The translations under genes were made by a program, and so were the position numbers. Positions 39,481-50,609 of a DNA stretch of 64,000 bases are shown here, in pieces; positions within the stretch are counted from its first letter, which is position 1; the number at the start of each line of letters is the position of its first letter. The notes under the pieces are model-generated. The model saw only the letters and a list, made by a program, of their open reading frames with translations. It searched no databases and was not told the origin of the DNA. Origin of the DNA: Candidatus Magasanikbacteria bacterium GW2011_GWA2_56_11 (GTDB taxonomy: Bacteria; Patescibacteriota; Patescibacteriia; Magasanikbacterales; UBA922); contig LCRX01000009.1 in the NCBI GenBank assembly GCA_001004885.1, forward strand, positions 1,459 through 65,458. The letters are read 5' to 3'.

Positions 39481-39906
39481 ATGAACATATTGGCTATAGA
39501 TTACGGCAGTAAAAATATTGGCTTGGCCTGGGTGCAGGCAGGGCTAGACGTGGTGCTGCCGTTCGGGCGAATTTCGGCCCTGTCCGGAACCGGGAAGGGC
39601 AGAGGGGGGGTGGAAGATGTCGCCCGGGTGATAAAAGAAGAGGGCGTCGGCCTCGCGGTCGTCGGCTTGCCTTTGGGCCTGGATGGGAAAGAAAACGAAA
39701 ACACCAGGCGGGTGCGGTCGTTCGCGCGGGAGCTGCGGCAGGCGGCAGGCATCCCGGTAAAACTATTTGACGAGCGTTTTACTTCCCAAGCTGCTGACCG
39801 GCTCGGCCAGGGCGGCGCGAGCCGGGACGAGAAAGCGGCCATGGCCATACTGGAGACATATTTGGGGCAGGAGAAGCGATCCGGTTCTGGTCCGGACAGG
39901 CTTTAA
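39481..39906 (+). CDS. ruvX: RuvX/YqgF pre-16S rRNA nuclease
   Basis: LAIDYGSKNIGLA, VVGLP, DERFTS, AAMAILE. Confidence 0.93.
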   Translation: MNILAIDYGSKNIGLAWVQAGLDVVLPFGRISALSGTGKGRGGVEDVARVIKEEGVGLAVVGLPLGLDGKENENTRRVRSFARELRQAAGIPVKLFDERFTSQAADRLGQGGASRDEKAAMAILETYLGQEKRSGSGPDRL

Positions 39907-39916
39907 TGTTTTTTTT

Positions 39917-40699
39917 ATGCTCGCCATAGTTCTTTCCCGCCGAGACTTTCGCGAGTTCGACCAAATAGTGTCTGTGTACACGTATGAGGCCGGCAAGAGG
40001 GAACTGCTCGCGCGCGGGATTAAAAAAATTACCAGCAAGCACGCGGCCCACTTGGAGCCGTTTTCTGTGGTTGATGTTTCCGTGGTGCCGGGCAAAGAAA
40101 TTGACCACCTGACCACGGTGCAGCCGGTGGAATATTTTCCGGCCATCCGCGGCGATTTTAAAAAAAGTTTTCTGGCTATGGCTATGGTCATGATCACTGA
40201 CCGGCTGGTCGGGACGCACGTGCCTGATAAAGGACTTTTTCGAGCGCTCAAAACCTGGCTCGAGGCTGTGTCCCAGGCGCCGGCGGCAGCGGGGGCGCTC
40301 GCGGACGCTTATGTCATGGTTATTCTGGAGCGCCTGGGTTTGGCTCCGGTTTTGGAGGGCTGCGTTTGCTGCGGCAAAACTTTTTCTGGTATTGGCCGCG
40401 AGGCCCTTAAGCCGGGCGAAGATACTGCCCCGGGAATATATTTCGGGGGCGGCGGACTGGCCTGCCCCGATTGCCGCCGTCTCAAGCTGGCGGCGGGCGA
40501 ACAAGTGATGGCGGCCGGCCTTAAGGAGATTAGCCTTTTGGGCCTTCTTCTTAAGGGTGACTGGCGGCTGATAAACAATTATGAGTTTGGCTCTGGGGAG
40601 GCCGAACGCCTGCACGATTTGGTTTATGCCTTTGCGCTCTACCATAGCGAGCGGAAGCTGGGGGACTGGGGGAATTTACCCCTGGAGCCAAAGTTTTAG
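39917..40699 (+). CDS. recO: DNA repair protein RecO
   Basis: AIVL..RDFREFDQIV, ARGIKK..SK...LEPF, CxxC Zn motifs. Confidence 0.9.
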   Translation: MLAIVLSRRDFREFDQIVSVYTYEAGKRELLARGIKKITSKHAAHLEPFSVVDVSVVPGKEIDHLTTVQPVEYFPAIRGDFKKSFLAMAMVMITDRLVGTHVPDKGLFRALKTWLEAVSQAPAAAGALADAYVMVILERLGLAPVLEGCVCCGKTFSGIGREALKPGEDTAPGIYFGGGGLACPDCRRLKLAAGEQVMAAGLKEISLLGLLLKGDWRLINNYEFGSGEAERLHDLVYAFALYHSERKLGDWGNLPLEPKF

Positions 40700-40858
40700 A
40701 GCCTGCTGCCAAAAATAATTCGGAGTCAGTTTCGGGCCGATTTTGAGCGAAAGATGTCTGGGTTGAGGAGGTATAATGGCGTTATGACGACTAAACCACG
40801 AACTTTTTGCAGCTAAAATCGGTCGAAAATGAGCCAGAATTATTTTGGGATTAGGCTC
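40699..40858. mobile_element. diverged family B copy supplying the recO stop codon
   Basis: TA-GAGCC..CCAAAAATAATTC ... GAATTATTTTGG..GGCTC-TA; shares GGGTTGAGGAGG core. Confidence 0.75.
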
Positions 40859-41033
40859 TAACAATTCAGGCGGAGATTCGTATCCGAGTCTTGTCAGTCG
40901 GGTTTTTACGTGATAGAGTGTGGGTGGTTTGTCTGCTTCGGCCGACGAATCCGGTCTTGCGCTTCGCCGCTTGTTTTAGCCCGGCGTGGTTATGCCGGGG
41001 CCGGCTGGAATTAATTTGTTTTTCTCTTTGTGT

Positions 41034-42329
41034 ATGCATATTTTTATCCGGGATGTCGCCGGCCATGTCGGCGGCAGCGTAACAGTCAAAGGCTGGCTCT
41101 ACAACAGCCGTTCTTCCGGCTCGCTTGCTTTTTTGGAGTTGCGCGACGGCACGGGATTTATTCAGGCGGTCGTGGCCAAAGACAGCGTTAGCCCCGAAAC
41201 TTGGCAGGCTGCCGGTAGCCTGACCCAGGAGTCTTCTCTCGCCGTTACCGGCATTGTCAGCGCCCATCCGAAGAAGATTAATGTTTTTGAACTCCAGGCA
41301 ACCGAGATTGCTATTATCGGGCTGGCCCAGGAATATCCGATCGCGCACAAGGAGCACGGTCCGGAATTTCTCATGGACAACCGGCATCTCTGGCTTCGAA
41401 GCAAACGCCAGTGGGCGATTTTACGGATTCGCGACGCGGTAGAGACGGCGATTCATGATTTTTTGCACGAGGAGAATTTCGTCCGGACAGATTCTCCCAT
41501 TTTTACCCCCAATGCCTGCGAAGGGACCACGACTCTTTTCTCGGTGCCCTATTTCGATCTGGGCGAGGCCTATCTGTCGCAGTCGGGACAGCTCTACATT
41601 GAAGCCGCGATTGCTTCGGTGGGCCGGTGTTATGATTTTGGCCCTGTGTTTCGCGCCGAAAAAAGCAAAACCAAGCGCCATTTGACTGAATTCTGGATGA
41701 TGGACGCGGAGGCGGCGTTTGTCGGACATGAGGAAAACCTGAAAATCCAGGAAGGACTGGTTAAGGCGATTGTCCGGCGCGTGCTCGAGAAATGCTCGCC
41801 GGAGCTGGCTGTTTTGGAGCGGGACGCGGCGCCGCTCCAGGCGGTGCTGGAGCAGGCGTTTACGCGCTTCACTTACGATGAGGCGGTCGCCAAACTGCAG
41901 CAAATGGGTTCTGACATCAAATACGGCGAAGACTTGGGCAATGACGATGAAAGTCTCTTGACAGAGGACAGCCCGGTGCCGGTTTTTATCGAGAAGTGGC
42001 CGCGGACGATCAAGCCGTTTTACATGAGAATCGATCCGGAGAACGGCGCCCGCGTGTTAAACGACGACCTTATCGGCATCGAGGGATCGGGAGAGATCAT
42101 CGGCGGATCGGAGCGCGAGAATGACTTCGATCTTCTCTTGTCCCGCATTCGGGCGGAGGGGTTGCCGGAAAGTGAGTACGCCTGGTATCTGGATTTGCGC
42201 CGGTACGGCAGCGTGCCGCACGCCGGCTTTGGCATCGGGCTCGAGCGCATGGTCCGCTGGATGGCCGGTGTCGAGCATATCCGCGAGTGCATTCCCTTCC
42301 CCCGCACCATAAACCGGCTGCGCCCCTAA
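41034..42329 (+). CDS. asnS: asparagine--tRNA ligase
   Basis: [53 protein letters not shown]. Confidence 0.96.
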   Translation: MHIFIRDVAGHVGGSVTVKGWLYNSRSSGSLAFLELRDGTGFIQAVVAKDSVSPETWQAAGSLTQESSLAVTGIVSAHPKKINVFELQATEIAIIGLAQEYPIAHKEHGPEFLMDNRHLWLRSKRQWAILRIRDAVETAIHDFLHEENFVRTDSPIFTPNACEGTTTLFSVPYFDLGEAYLSQSGQLYIEAAIASVGRCYDFGPVFRAEKSKTKRHLTEFWMMDAEAAFVGHEENLKIQEGLVKAIVRRVLEKCSPELAVLERDAAPLQAVLEQAFTRFTYDEAVAKLQQMGSDIKYGEDLGNDDESLLTEDSPVPVFIEKWPRTIKPFYMRIDPENGARVLNDDLIGIEGSGEIIGGSERENDFDLLLSRIRAEGLPESEYAWYLDLRRYGSVPHAGFGIGLERMVRWMAGVEHIRECIPFPRTINRLRP

Positions 42330-42341
42330 GGTTATTGAGGC

Positions 42342-43337
42342 ATGGCAAAAAAGTCTTTAGCCAACAAATCCGCCGGGCTGCCGGAGCAGTTTCTGCGCCG
42401 GCTTACCGGCATAGCGGGCCAGTCTGCGTACCAGGCGGTGGGCCGGACTTTTGTCGAACGTCCGACCACTTTTCGCGTTAACACGCTCCGGTCTGCCCGC
42501 CAGGAGGCGGCGCAGGCTTTGGGCGACGCTGGTTTTAGGATTAGAGAGATCCCCTGGTACCAGGGTGCCTTTGTGTTGCTCAACAAAACCAAGCGCGAAC
42601 TGACAGAGACGCCGCTTTACGGCCAGGGTAAAATATACATCCAGAGTCTGGCGAGCATGGCGCCGCCCCTGGTTTTGGGGCCGAGGGCAGGGGAAAAGGT
42701 TCTCGATCTGACGGCCGCGCCCGGGAGCAAGACCTCGCAAATTGCCGCGCTCATGGATCGCCAGGGTGAACTGGTGGCCAACGACAACAACAAAGTCCGT
42801 TTTTTTAAGCTCAAACATAATATGGAGCTTTTGGGCGTGGCAGAGAACGCCGCCGGGTGGCGGTTCACTCTGCGGATGGAGCCTGGCGCCGGATTATGCC
42901 GGGAGTACCCGGAGTATTTTGACCGGATTCTTTTGGATGCGCCGTGCAGCGCCGAGGCGCGTTTTATAGAGGGCGACGCCAGAACTTATGGATATTGGAG
43001 CGAGCGCAAAATAAAAGAGATGGCCTACAAGCAACGCCAGCTATTATTTTCTGCCTGGGGGGCGCTCAAACCGGGCGGCACCTTGGTGTACTCAACCTGC
43101 ACTTTCGCCCCCGAAGAGAACGAACTGCAAATTGCCCGCCTGGCAGAGCGTTTTCCGGCCGGCTCTCCCGCCGGCGGGGCGCGGCTCTCGCCGGTTGACT
43201 TGCCCGGCCTAAAGCGTCTGCCGCCGGTGGCGGCCTGGAAGGGTAGGGAAATGCTTCCAGAGATTAAAAAAACTTTCCGGATTATGCCGACGAACGAAAT
43301 CGAAGGTTTTTTCGTGGCTTGTCTCAAAAAGATTTAG
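42342..43337 (+). CDS. RsmB/NOP2 family RNA m5C methyltransferase
   Basis: LDLTAAPGSKT, LLDAPCS, LVYSTCT, PEENE. Confidence 0.93.
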   Translation: MAKKSLANKSAGLPEQFLRRLTGIAGQSAYQAVGRTFVERPTTFRVNTLRSARQEAAQALGDAGFRIREIPWYQGAFVLLNKTKRELTETPLYGQGKIYIQSLASMAPPLVLGPRAGEKVLDLTAAPGSKTSQIAALMDRQGELVANDNNKVRFFKLKHNMELLGVAENAAGWRFTLRMEPGAGLCREYPEYFDRILLDAPCSAEARFIEGDARTYGYWSERKIKEMAYKQRQLLFSAWGALKPGGTLVYSTCTFAPEENELQIARLAERFPAGSPAGGARLSPVDLPGLKRLPPVAAWKGREMLPEIKKTFRIMPTNEIEGFFVACLKKI

Positions 43338-43429
43338 ACGGCGTGCTGTGTATAACCCGGTCCCTTCGTGGCCGGGAAGGGGAGAATGTGCTATACTCAA
43401 GAAAAGTTTAGCGTGTTTAACTAACATTC

Positions 43430-46400
43430 ATGGCGCCATTCCTTTTGCCGTATTTGCGACGCATAAAGGAAATCCTGCCGGGTAGGCTCCGCCAGTACCG
43501 CTGGTTGGCGTTTTTTGTTGCTGCCGTCGGCATTGGCATGCTGGTTTGGGCGGGGCCGGCGGCGGCTCTCGACGGAACCGATGTTTTGAACGCCTTTATC
43601 AAGGCTATCGCCTGGCTCATGCTGGTTATCGCCCAGATTTGCATCGGGCTTACCATTTTTTTCCTGCGGTTTTTCATTTCCATCGCGAGCTACAACAACT
43701 ATATAGACGTGGACGTGGTCCAGCTGGGTTGGATAATGGTACGCGACGTGGCCAACATGTTTTTTGTCGTGGCGCTCTTGGTAATTGCCTTTGGCACCAT
43801 CTTGGGCCTCGAGGAATACGAGTGGAAAAAGAATCTGGTGAAACTGGTTTTGGCCGCCATTTTCATCAACTTCAGCAATCTTATCGCCCAGCTTATCATA
43901 GACGTGGCGCACGTTTTTACGATTACGTTCCTGAACGCGGTTTCGGCCACGGCCGGCGGCAATTTGATCAACATGTTCAAGCTGCAAAATATCCTGTCCA
44001 TCACCGGTACCGCAAACTCAGCCGACGACGATATTTTGCTCGCCACGCTGACCGGCGCCATTACGGCCGTGATTTTTTCCGTCATGGCCGCCATTGCCAT
44101 GGGTTCGTATGTTTTTGTCATGGCGTCCCGCGTCGTGGTCCTTTGGGCGCTTATCATCCTCTCGCCCCTGGCTTATCTTTTGGGCGTTTTGCCCAAAACC
44201 AAATCATACGCCGATCGCTGGTGGAGCGAGTTCGGCAAGCACGTGATCGTCGCGCCGGTGATGGTGTTCTTTCTTTGGCTGTCCTTCGCCACCCTGGGGA
44301 CCGGAGATATTATCACCGATATTGAAGCAAACGTCCCCAAATCGCAGCAGCTCGAGCAGATGGAGAATAGCGGCAAAGCTACCCAGATTTCGCTTTCCGA
44401 CGTTACTACCTGGGAAAACATGGCCAACTTCATCCTGGCTTTGGCCTTTATGATCGTCGGCCTCAAGGTTACCCAGGAAACCGGGGCCTACGGCAGCGGC
44501 GCGGTGAGCAAGGCCGTGGATTTCGGCAGAAAAGTGGCTACTATCGCGACCGGCTACGCGGCCGGCCGGTGGCTCGTGGGCAAGGGCCAGGATGTGGCGG
44601 CTTTTGCCGGCAAGGGTATTGCCAAGGGCGCCTATATCGCCACTCTCGAAAATCCGGTGGAGCGCTTCAAGATGGGTTTCATGCGCAACGTGGTCGAAGG
44701 TTATCGCGAGTGGCGCGCGCGCGGTCCGCTGATCGCCAAACGGGAACGCGAGGCCGAGTTGGCAGAGGGCCAAGACCTGACGGTGGCCGAGAAAGCCGCC
44801 GGCATGAAAGTGGTTGAGAACCGGGCCGACGCCACGGGCAAAATTTTCAAGTCCGAGCTGGCCGAGGGCGAGCAGTTGACCGACGCCGAGAAGGCGGCCG
44901 GCATGCGGGTGGCGGAAAGAGCCAAACGTTTCAAGGGTAACAGCCGGGGTGAGATCCTCAAAGAAAACTACTTCGAGTTCGAAAAGAACGATCCGCGCAA
45001 CGCCTTGGTCCGTTTCGTTCACGGACGATTGCACAGCCGCCACGAGAAGCTGATCAAGTCGAAAAAACTTTTGGAAAAAGTTACGAAAGAGAAGGGTTAT
45101 AATGAAGAACTCATGGATAAGCGGGTAACCGCCAGCCCCAAGCACCTTTTTCAGAGTTTTGAAGGCATAGAAGGCGTGCACCGCTTCGACGCCCTTGACC
45201 GTATCGAACAGGGTATGGTCGAGGCCGAGAAAATGCGGTCGGCCGCCAAAACAGAGGAGTTCTCGGCTTACGGCAAGGCTTTGATTTTGGAAAACCCGCG
45301 TTTTAAAGACGGCGAGTGGAAGGTACCGGGTACGAGGGGCGCCAAAGGCAGCATGATCGAGCAAATCGTCGAGCACAAGGAAAAGGCGGCCCTCGCGGAG
45401 CAGCGCATCCAGCAGCTGACAAGTGGCACCAAGGAAAAGTACCTGAAAGGCTCCAAGGGCCAGATGACGCTCCAGGGCCGGATAAAGGCCGAACTCGAGA
45501 CCAAGGCGCACGACGCCGAAGCGCAAAATCTGCAGGCCGCGGCCCAATTCCAGGTGGCCAACACCGATGTGCGCGAAATGGAGCGCCGCCGGAAAGAGCT
45601 GGACGACAAGGTGGCGCGCGGCGAGATGTCGCCAGAGCAGGCGGAAAAGGAAAGAAAAAAGCTGCGCGACGTTATCGCCCGGACCGTGGCCTCCGAAAAG
45701 CAGGCGCACACCTCGGAGATGGAGACCGAGGAATTGACCAAGGGGAAAGAGCGGGAGTATTACGGGACCAGGCATGGCGAAGAAGAACTGGCCAAGGAAG
45801 CCGAACTCAAGCGCAAGATCGCCTTGTCCGAGGCAGCGGTTAAATCGAAAGAAACCAAGGCGGAGGAAGAGTTCGCCGAAGATAAGGGCAGAAAAATAAT
45901 CCAGGAAACGAAGGCTCTGGAGGCCGAGACCACCGGCCAGGAGGCGGCCGCCAAGCGGGTCGAAGCCGAGGAACGGCGGAAGTTTTTGGCCACTGAACCG
46001 GGCCGCGATGTAGCCAGGAAAATCCAGGCCGAAGAGCTCAAAACCGGGGCCGAAGAAGAGGTCGTCAAACAGATTGAGGCCGAAGAAAAGAAGAAATTTG
46101 CCGATAGCATGCCCGGGCAGCAGGTCATCGAACAGACCAAGGCGGCTGAACTGGCCCGCGAGGTGGTTGAGGCGGAAATCAAAAAGATTGAAGCGCAGAA
46201 GCGCCGCGAGGTGCGCGAGCCGAGCCGCCAGAAACTAGATGATTTGTACCGCGAATTGGAAGAGATTGACGGGCGGACTGGTTTGACCGGCATCGACAGG
46301 GAGCTAGAGGCCAAAAACAGAGATATCGCGGCCAAAGAAGAGGAAAAGCAAAGAAGATTGGAAGAAATCAACGAGTACGTTTTGGGGTCCAAGAACAAGA

Positions 46401-49216
46401 CAGAGAAAAAACAGCGGACCCAAGAAGCCAAGGCGCAAAAAGCTGCCCTTGACAAGGAAATGTCCGATCTGTACGACAGCCGGGATGAAATTGTCGGCCG
46501 CCGCCAGGCCGTCAAGAGAAGCGCCGAGGCGCAGAAGGACGAGGCCTGGAAAAGTTTCCAGGACCGTTTGGAGCCGGGAGACCTTTTGGCCCGCAAGGTG
46601 GCCGCGGAAAAACAGGCCCATACCGAAGAGCTCAAGGTGGAGCAGATCGAAAAGGCTATGGAGCGCTCTTATTTTAGCGGCACCCATGGGCAGCACGAAC
46701 TCGAAGAAGAAGTGGCGCTCAAGGCCAGGGTAGAGGCCGATTCGGCCGAGGTCGAAGAAAAGGAAGCCAAGGCCAAACGGGATTACTTTTATGCCGGTCG
46801 CCATCCGGAGGCCAAGGTGCTTTTGTTCCGCAAAGAGCAGGCTACTCTGGGTAAACAGGCGGAAGAAGGGGAAACTGAACTGATGGAGCTGGAGCAGCGC
46901 CGCTTGGCCATGACCGCCGGCGCCGGCGCCGGCGGGCGGTTTACCCGTATCCAGGACGCGGCGGTGCGCAAAGAAGCCGAACAGGCGGAGATAACCAGGA
47001 CGGAAAAAGAGGGATTGCGCCAGGCGTACGACAGGGGCGCGGAGCAGGTTACCCGCGCCAACCTGGCCGAGCAGGCGGCCAAAGCGGCGGAGGAATTTAT
47101 CAAGCAAATAAAGAGCGCCGACCTGGAGAAGCAGTTTGTCGAGGCGGGCAAAAAACTGAACGAACTGTTGAAAAAAAGCAAAAATGACCTGAAGACACTG
47201 ATAGACGAGGTGAAAAAAGGCCGCCACGACGGCATCGTATCCGCGCTCGGCGCCGCCCAGGTTATCGGGGTGCAGGAGAAGAATACAGAACTGGCGCGCA
47301 AGCGCGCGGACGACGCGGCGCATGACGCTTTTGTATACAAGCCTAATTACGGCACTACTTCTCCCTCTTCCGCTTTTGCCGACTATGCCAAAAAGCAGCT
47401 CGAATCCTTCCGCAGCATGGAGCGCGCCAAGGCTATGAAGCAGGCGACGGACATTATGGCCCATTTAACGGAGATCAAGCGTAGCAAAAAGCCGCTGACA
47501 GTTGACCAGGAGGCCGAGCTGGCGGCCTCGACCACGTTCCTGACCGAAGAGGCCTGGGTAGACGATCAGGGAGAATACATATTTAAGATGCTGGGCAAGC
47601 TGCAAAAAGGCGAGATTGACGACGAAGACGAACGGCGGAGCTGGCAACATATGGCCGAAATGTTTGCTGAAATGGGCTGGATAAAGGGGGCGGACGGGAA
47701 AAGCGACCAAGTTTTTGAAGCTGACGGTTCGCTTAAGCGGGATGCCGTGTTGCTTAATAAGTACGACCGTAAGATGGCCGGCGATTTGCAGAATCTGGCC
47801 CTGACCGGGCTGGACACCGAGTTGTCACAAGCGCACAATGCGATTGCCGCAGAGTACGATAAAAATAACGGCAAGGTACAACAAGCGGCCAGCGCAGCGC
47901 AAGATGCGGAAATCACCAAGCTTAAAACGGATGGCAAATATAGGCCTCTTTTGGATGAGGCCGAAACAAATGCGAGAGCGTCAGTGCGGCAGTATTATGA
48001 CGCCAGACTTGTCGCCGTTAAAGAGCAAGCCAGGCAGCAGGAAGAAAAAAAACTTAAAGGCGGGCCCAAGCTAGACGATGCCGCTAAACAGCAACGACTA
48101 GAAGCGGCCGTTGCCGCCGCCGAGACGCAGTTTAGAGTAGAACATGCGGGAGAAATGGAAGAGCAGATTGAATTTCAGATTAAAGTTGAACAAGATAAAG
48201 CGCTGGGGGAAAATAGCGAAGCGAAAGCGGCAATCAAAAAGGCTGTGGAGGATGCCGTTACGCCGCTTAAAAAATCATACTGGGAGGTGGCGGCAGATGT
48301 ATTGTCCACAGGGAAAGGCGGTTCCATTAGTACTGTCGAGCAGCTCAAGGACAGATTTGACCGGCACGGCGATATGCTGCAGTTCGCCACCCGGACCTTC
48401 AAAAAGAACGCTTTGGACACCGGCCACGAAGAGCTGGGTATGAACCAGGATTTTGATGAGGATGAGGACGTTTACCGTTTTCGTACGGCTGGCGAAGGCA
48501 GGGCATTGTTGAGGGCTGACCGTGTTAAGATTGATCGGAGCAAGCTTATAGCCTCTGACCAATTTCACACCAACGGCGTTTTGAACTTTCGCCATGGCAT
48601 AATTGACGATTTCGCAGAGAGCGCTCTATCCCTTACCTTTGGCAAGATAACCAAGGCCATGGAATTCACCAGAATGCCGGAAAGATCTCTTAAAGGCGGC
48701 TATTATATTCATAAAAATGAGGATGCTGCCGTGGAACGCACGCTTGATAAAACTACAGGTAAAATGGTTTCTTATGCTATTTTGGGCAGCGAATCGGCCC
48801 GGGCGAAGTTTGCAGACGATGGCGACGTTACCGCGGAGCAGCAGCGCAACCATATGATGGCGCGCGGCGTGCTTACTCATTTGATGGCTGCGGGTAGCGG
48901 CAGGGGTTTTGCTTTGGGCGCCCACAGACTGTTCCAGCACATCAGCGAGCAGCAAGCGCAGCAGGGGATTGTCAATACAAAAATAGGCGATATGCCGTTT
49001 AGAACGGCCAAGGAGGTGGCTAGGTACATTCGGACGGCTCTGGAGGGTAAGAATGCCGGTTTTATGCATGCCTTCACCCAATCAACGTATGCTGACCAGG
49101 AAGATCGCGTTTTAGCCATGATGAGACAGATCGAGAACGAAAGGCCAAAAGCAGATTTCGGAAATCAGTCGGAGGCCGAAGAGTACGATCAAATGCAGCA
49201 AACTCTGGCAGCCTAA
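43430..49216 (+). CDS. giant VirB6/TrbL-like membrane protein with long coiled-coil C-terminus (1928 aa)
   Basis: ~8 TM N-terminus (GWIMVRDVANMFF, AAIFINFS, ILSPLAY..LP, WW..F); E/K/A-rich repeats; upstream of PrgI/VirB4. Confidence 0.8.
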   Translation: MAPFLLPYLRRIKEILPGRLRQYRWLAFFVAAVGIGMLVWAGPAAALDGTDVLNAFIKAIAWLMLVIAQICIGLTIFFLRFFISIASYNNYIDVDVVQLGWIMVRDVANMFFVVALLVIAFGTILGLEEYEWKKNLVKLVLAAIFINFSNLIAQLIIDVAHVFTITFLNAVSATAGGNLINMFKLQNILSITGTANSADDDILLATLTGAITAVIFSVMAAIAMGSYVFVMASRVVVLWALIILSPLAYLLGVLPKTKSYADRWWSEFGKHVIVAPVMVFFLWLSFATLGTGDIITDIEANVPKSQQLEQMENSGKATQISLSDVTTWENMANFILALAFMIVGLKVTQETGAYGSGAVSKAVDFGRKVATIATGYAAGRWLVGKGQDVAAFAGKGIAKGAYIATLENPVERFKMGFMRNVVEGYREWRARGPLIAKREREAELAEGQDLTVAEKAAGMKVVENRADATGKIFKSELAEGEQLTDAEKAAGMRVAERAKRFKGNSRGEILKENYFEFEKNDPRNALVRFVHGRLHSRHEKLIKSKKLLEKVTKEKGYNEELMDKRVTASPKHLFQSFEGIEGVHRFDALDRIEQGMVEAEKMRSAAKTEEFSAYGKALILENPRFKDGEWKVPGTRGAKGSMIEQIVEHKEKAALAEQRIQQLTSGTKEKYLKGSKGQMTLQGRIKAELETKAHDAEAQNLQAAAQFQVANTDVREMERRRKELDDKVARGEMSPEQAEKERKKLRDVIARTVASEKQAHTSEMETEELTKGKEREYYGTRHGEEELAKEAELKRKIALSEAAVKSKETKAEEEFAEDKGRKIIQETKALEAETTGQEAAAKRVEAEERRKFLATEPGRDVARKIQAEELKTGAEEEVVKQIEAEEKKKFADSMPGQQVIEQTKAAELAREVVEAEIKKIEAQKRREVREPSRQKLDDLYRELEEIDGRTGLTGIDRELEAKNRDIAAKEEEKQRRLEEINEYVLGSKNKTEKKQRTQEAKAQKAALDKEMSDLYDSRDEIVGRRQAVKRSAEAQKDEAWKSFQDRLEPGDLLARKVAAEKQAHTEELKVEQIEKAMERSYFSGTHGQHELEEEVALKARVEADSAEVEEKEAKAKRDYFYAGRHPEAKVLLFRKEQATLGKQAEEGETELMELEQRRLAMTAGAGAGGRFTRIQDAAVRKEAEQAEITRTEKEGLRQAYDRGAEQVTRANLAEQAAKAAEEFIKQIKSADLEKQFVEAGKKLNELLKKSKNDLKTLIDEVKKGRHDGIVSALGAAQVIGVQEKNTELARKRADDAAHDAFVYKPNYGTTSPSSAFADYAKKQLESFRSMERAKAMKQATDIMAHLTEIKRSKKPLTVDQEAELAASTTFLTEEAWVDDQGEYIFKMLGKLQKGEIDDEDERRSWQHMAEMFAEMGWIKGADGKSDQVFEADGSLKRDAVLLNKYDRKMAGDLQNLALTGLDTELSQAHNAIAAEYDKNNGKVQQAASAAQDAEITKLKTDGKYRPLLDEAETNARASVRQYYDARLVAVKEQARQQEEKKLKGGPKLDDAAKQQRLEAAVAAAETQFRVEHAGEMEEQIEFQIKVEQDKALGENSEAKAAIKKAVEDAVTPLKKSYWEVAADVLSTGKGGSISTVEQLKDRFDRHGDMLQFATRTFKKNALDTGHEELGMNQDFDEDEDVYRFRTAGEGRALLRADRVKIDRSKLIASDQFHTNGVLNFRHGIIDDFAESALSLTFGKITKAMEFTRMPERSLKGGYYIHKNEDAAVERTLDKTTGKMVSYAILGSESARAKFADDGDVTAEQQRNHMMARGVLTHLMAAGSGRGFALGAHRLFQHISEQQAQQGIVNTKIGDMPFRTAKEVARYIRTALEGKNAGFMHAFTQSTYADQEDRVLAMMRQIENERPKADFGNQSEAEEYDQMQQTLAA

Positions 49217-49228
49217 ACATATGACCGT

Positions 49229-50605
49229 ATGCACCACCTAGAAACCAAGCAATTTCTTCCGCGCTATTTCGTCGCCGACTGGCCGGTTACAGCTTCTTCT
49301 GTCCGGAAGCTGGCCGAGGCCGGCCGCCGGATAAGCGTGGACAATCCGAAGCTGGATACCGTCTGGCAGTATGCCCGGCAAATTACCGATTTTCTGGCGA
49401 CCGCGGCCGACGATCCGGAGAATTTTGTGTTGGAGCCGTGGGAGCGGCAGGTTATTTCCCTGGTGGAGACTCAGCCCTTGGAAGAGGCTGTGAGCGAGTT
49501 GGCGATGTTGGAGCAGTCAATAGCGAAAGCGAATAGACGAGGCGGGGCAGAGTTGTCGTCGGGCGGCCTGGCAGAAGCGGTTACTTTGAGTGCCGAGAAT
49601 CTGGATTTTCTTAAGCTGGGCGACGATGTGCGCGCCGAGTGGCAACCCTTTGTCCAGCATATCTATTCCCTGGAAGAGTTCCAGGCCAAGACTGCCGCCT
49701 GGGAAGACCTAAATGTCGCCCGGCTGGCGCGCAGCGCGGTAGAGCTGTCGGCAGCCGAGCACAAAAAAGACGCGGCTCAGGCCATTTTATCTTTGTGCCT
49801 CTCCTTGCCGGTCAACGACGCCACGCAGTATACCTGGGAGGAGGCGTTTCTTTTAACTGTCTTCATTCAGGTTGTTTACAGGGCTCTGCCCCAGCTGTCC
49901 GAAGACGACAGGATAAGCGCGGTTAAAAATTTTTTTTACCGCGCCATTATGCTGGGAGTGCCGGTGCGGCAAATTTGCGCGGAATTGGTTTATGATACCG
50001 ACACGCCGATAAGCTACGCGCTCGAACATCGCTCTCTCAGCCAGGCGCTCGCGGACAACGTGGAAAAAGTCGTCCTGTCTTTGGACGGGCCGGTGAGCCG
50101 GCCCTGGAGCGATACGCTGAGTGAATACCGGTCCCGCGCGCGCGGCGGGCAGGACGAGACAAATTCCGCGCGGGAGTACGCGCTTGACCTGTATCCGGAA
50201 GGTGCGGCCGAGCCTAGGCTAAGAGAATGGTACGCCGAAATGCTCGATATTTTTGTCCACCTGGAAAAAGCCGACCTGGTGCCGCATAACCGCGGCGGCG
50301 AACTCGCCCCGGATGAAGCGTATCACAACGACCTGGTCCAGCTTATCGCCTGGTTCGGCGTCGGCGAGGCCGCCCGGAAAGATCTGGTCGGGTATTTTCA
50401 GACCGCCGGCGCGCGCGTGCCGCTCGCGGCTTTCCACAAAAGTCTGGAGGCGGCGGCCGATCTAAGCCAGGATACTACCGTGGAAAACGCGCTGGCTTGG
50501 GCCGATGCCCTGCGGTCGGCCGGGCTGTTGGGTCCGGACGAGGAAATTTTGGAGTTTCACGAGAATGACGGCCGGTTCCATTGGCGCCGGCAGCTGACAG
50601 CCTAA
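49229..50605 (+). CDS. hypothetical protein, paralog of 50610-51590
   Basis: Long ORF in operon; NFFYRAIMLGVPVR motif. Confidence 0.75.
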   Translation: MHHLETKQFLPRYFVADWPVTASSVRKLAEAGRRISVDNPKLDTVWQYARQITDFLATAADDPENFVLEPWERQVISLVETQPLEEAVSELAMLEQSIAKANRRGGAELSSGGLAEAVTLSAENLDFLKLGDDVRAEWQPFVQHIYSLEEFQAKTAAWEDLNVARLARSAVELSAAEHKKDAAQAILSLCLSLPVNDATQYTWEEAFLLTVFIQVVYRALPQLSEDDRISAVKNFFYRAIMLGVPVRQICAELVYDTDTPISYALEHRSLSQALADNVEKVVLSLDGPVSRPWSDTLSEYRSRARGGQDETNSAREYALDLYPEGAAEPRLREWYAEMLDIFVHLEKADLVPHNRGGELAPDEAYHNDLVQLIAWFGVGEAARKDLVGYFQTAGARVPLAAFHKSLEAAADLSQDTTVENALAWADALRSAGLLGPDEEILEFHENDGRFHWRRQLTA

Positions 50606-50609
50606 ATAT

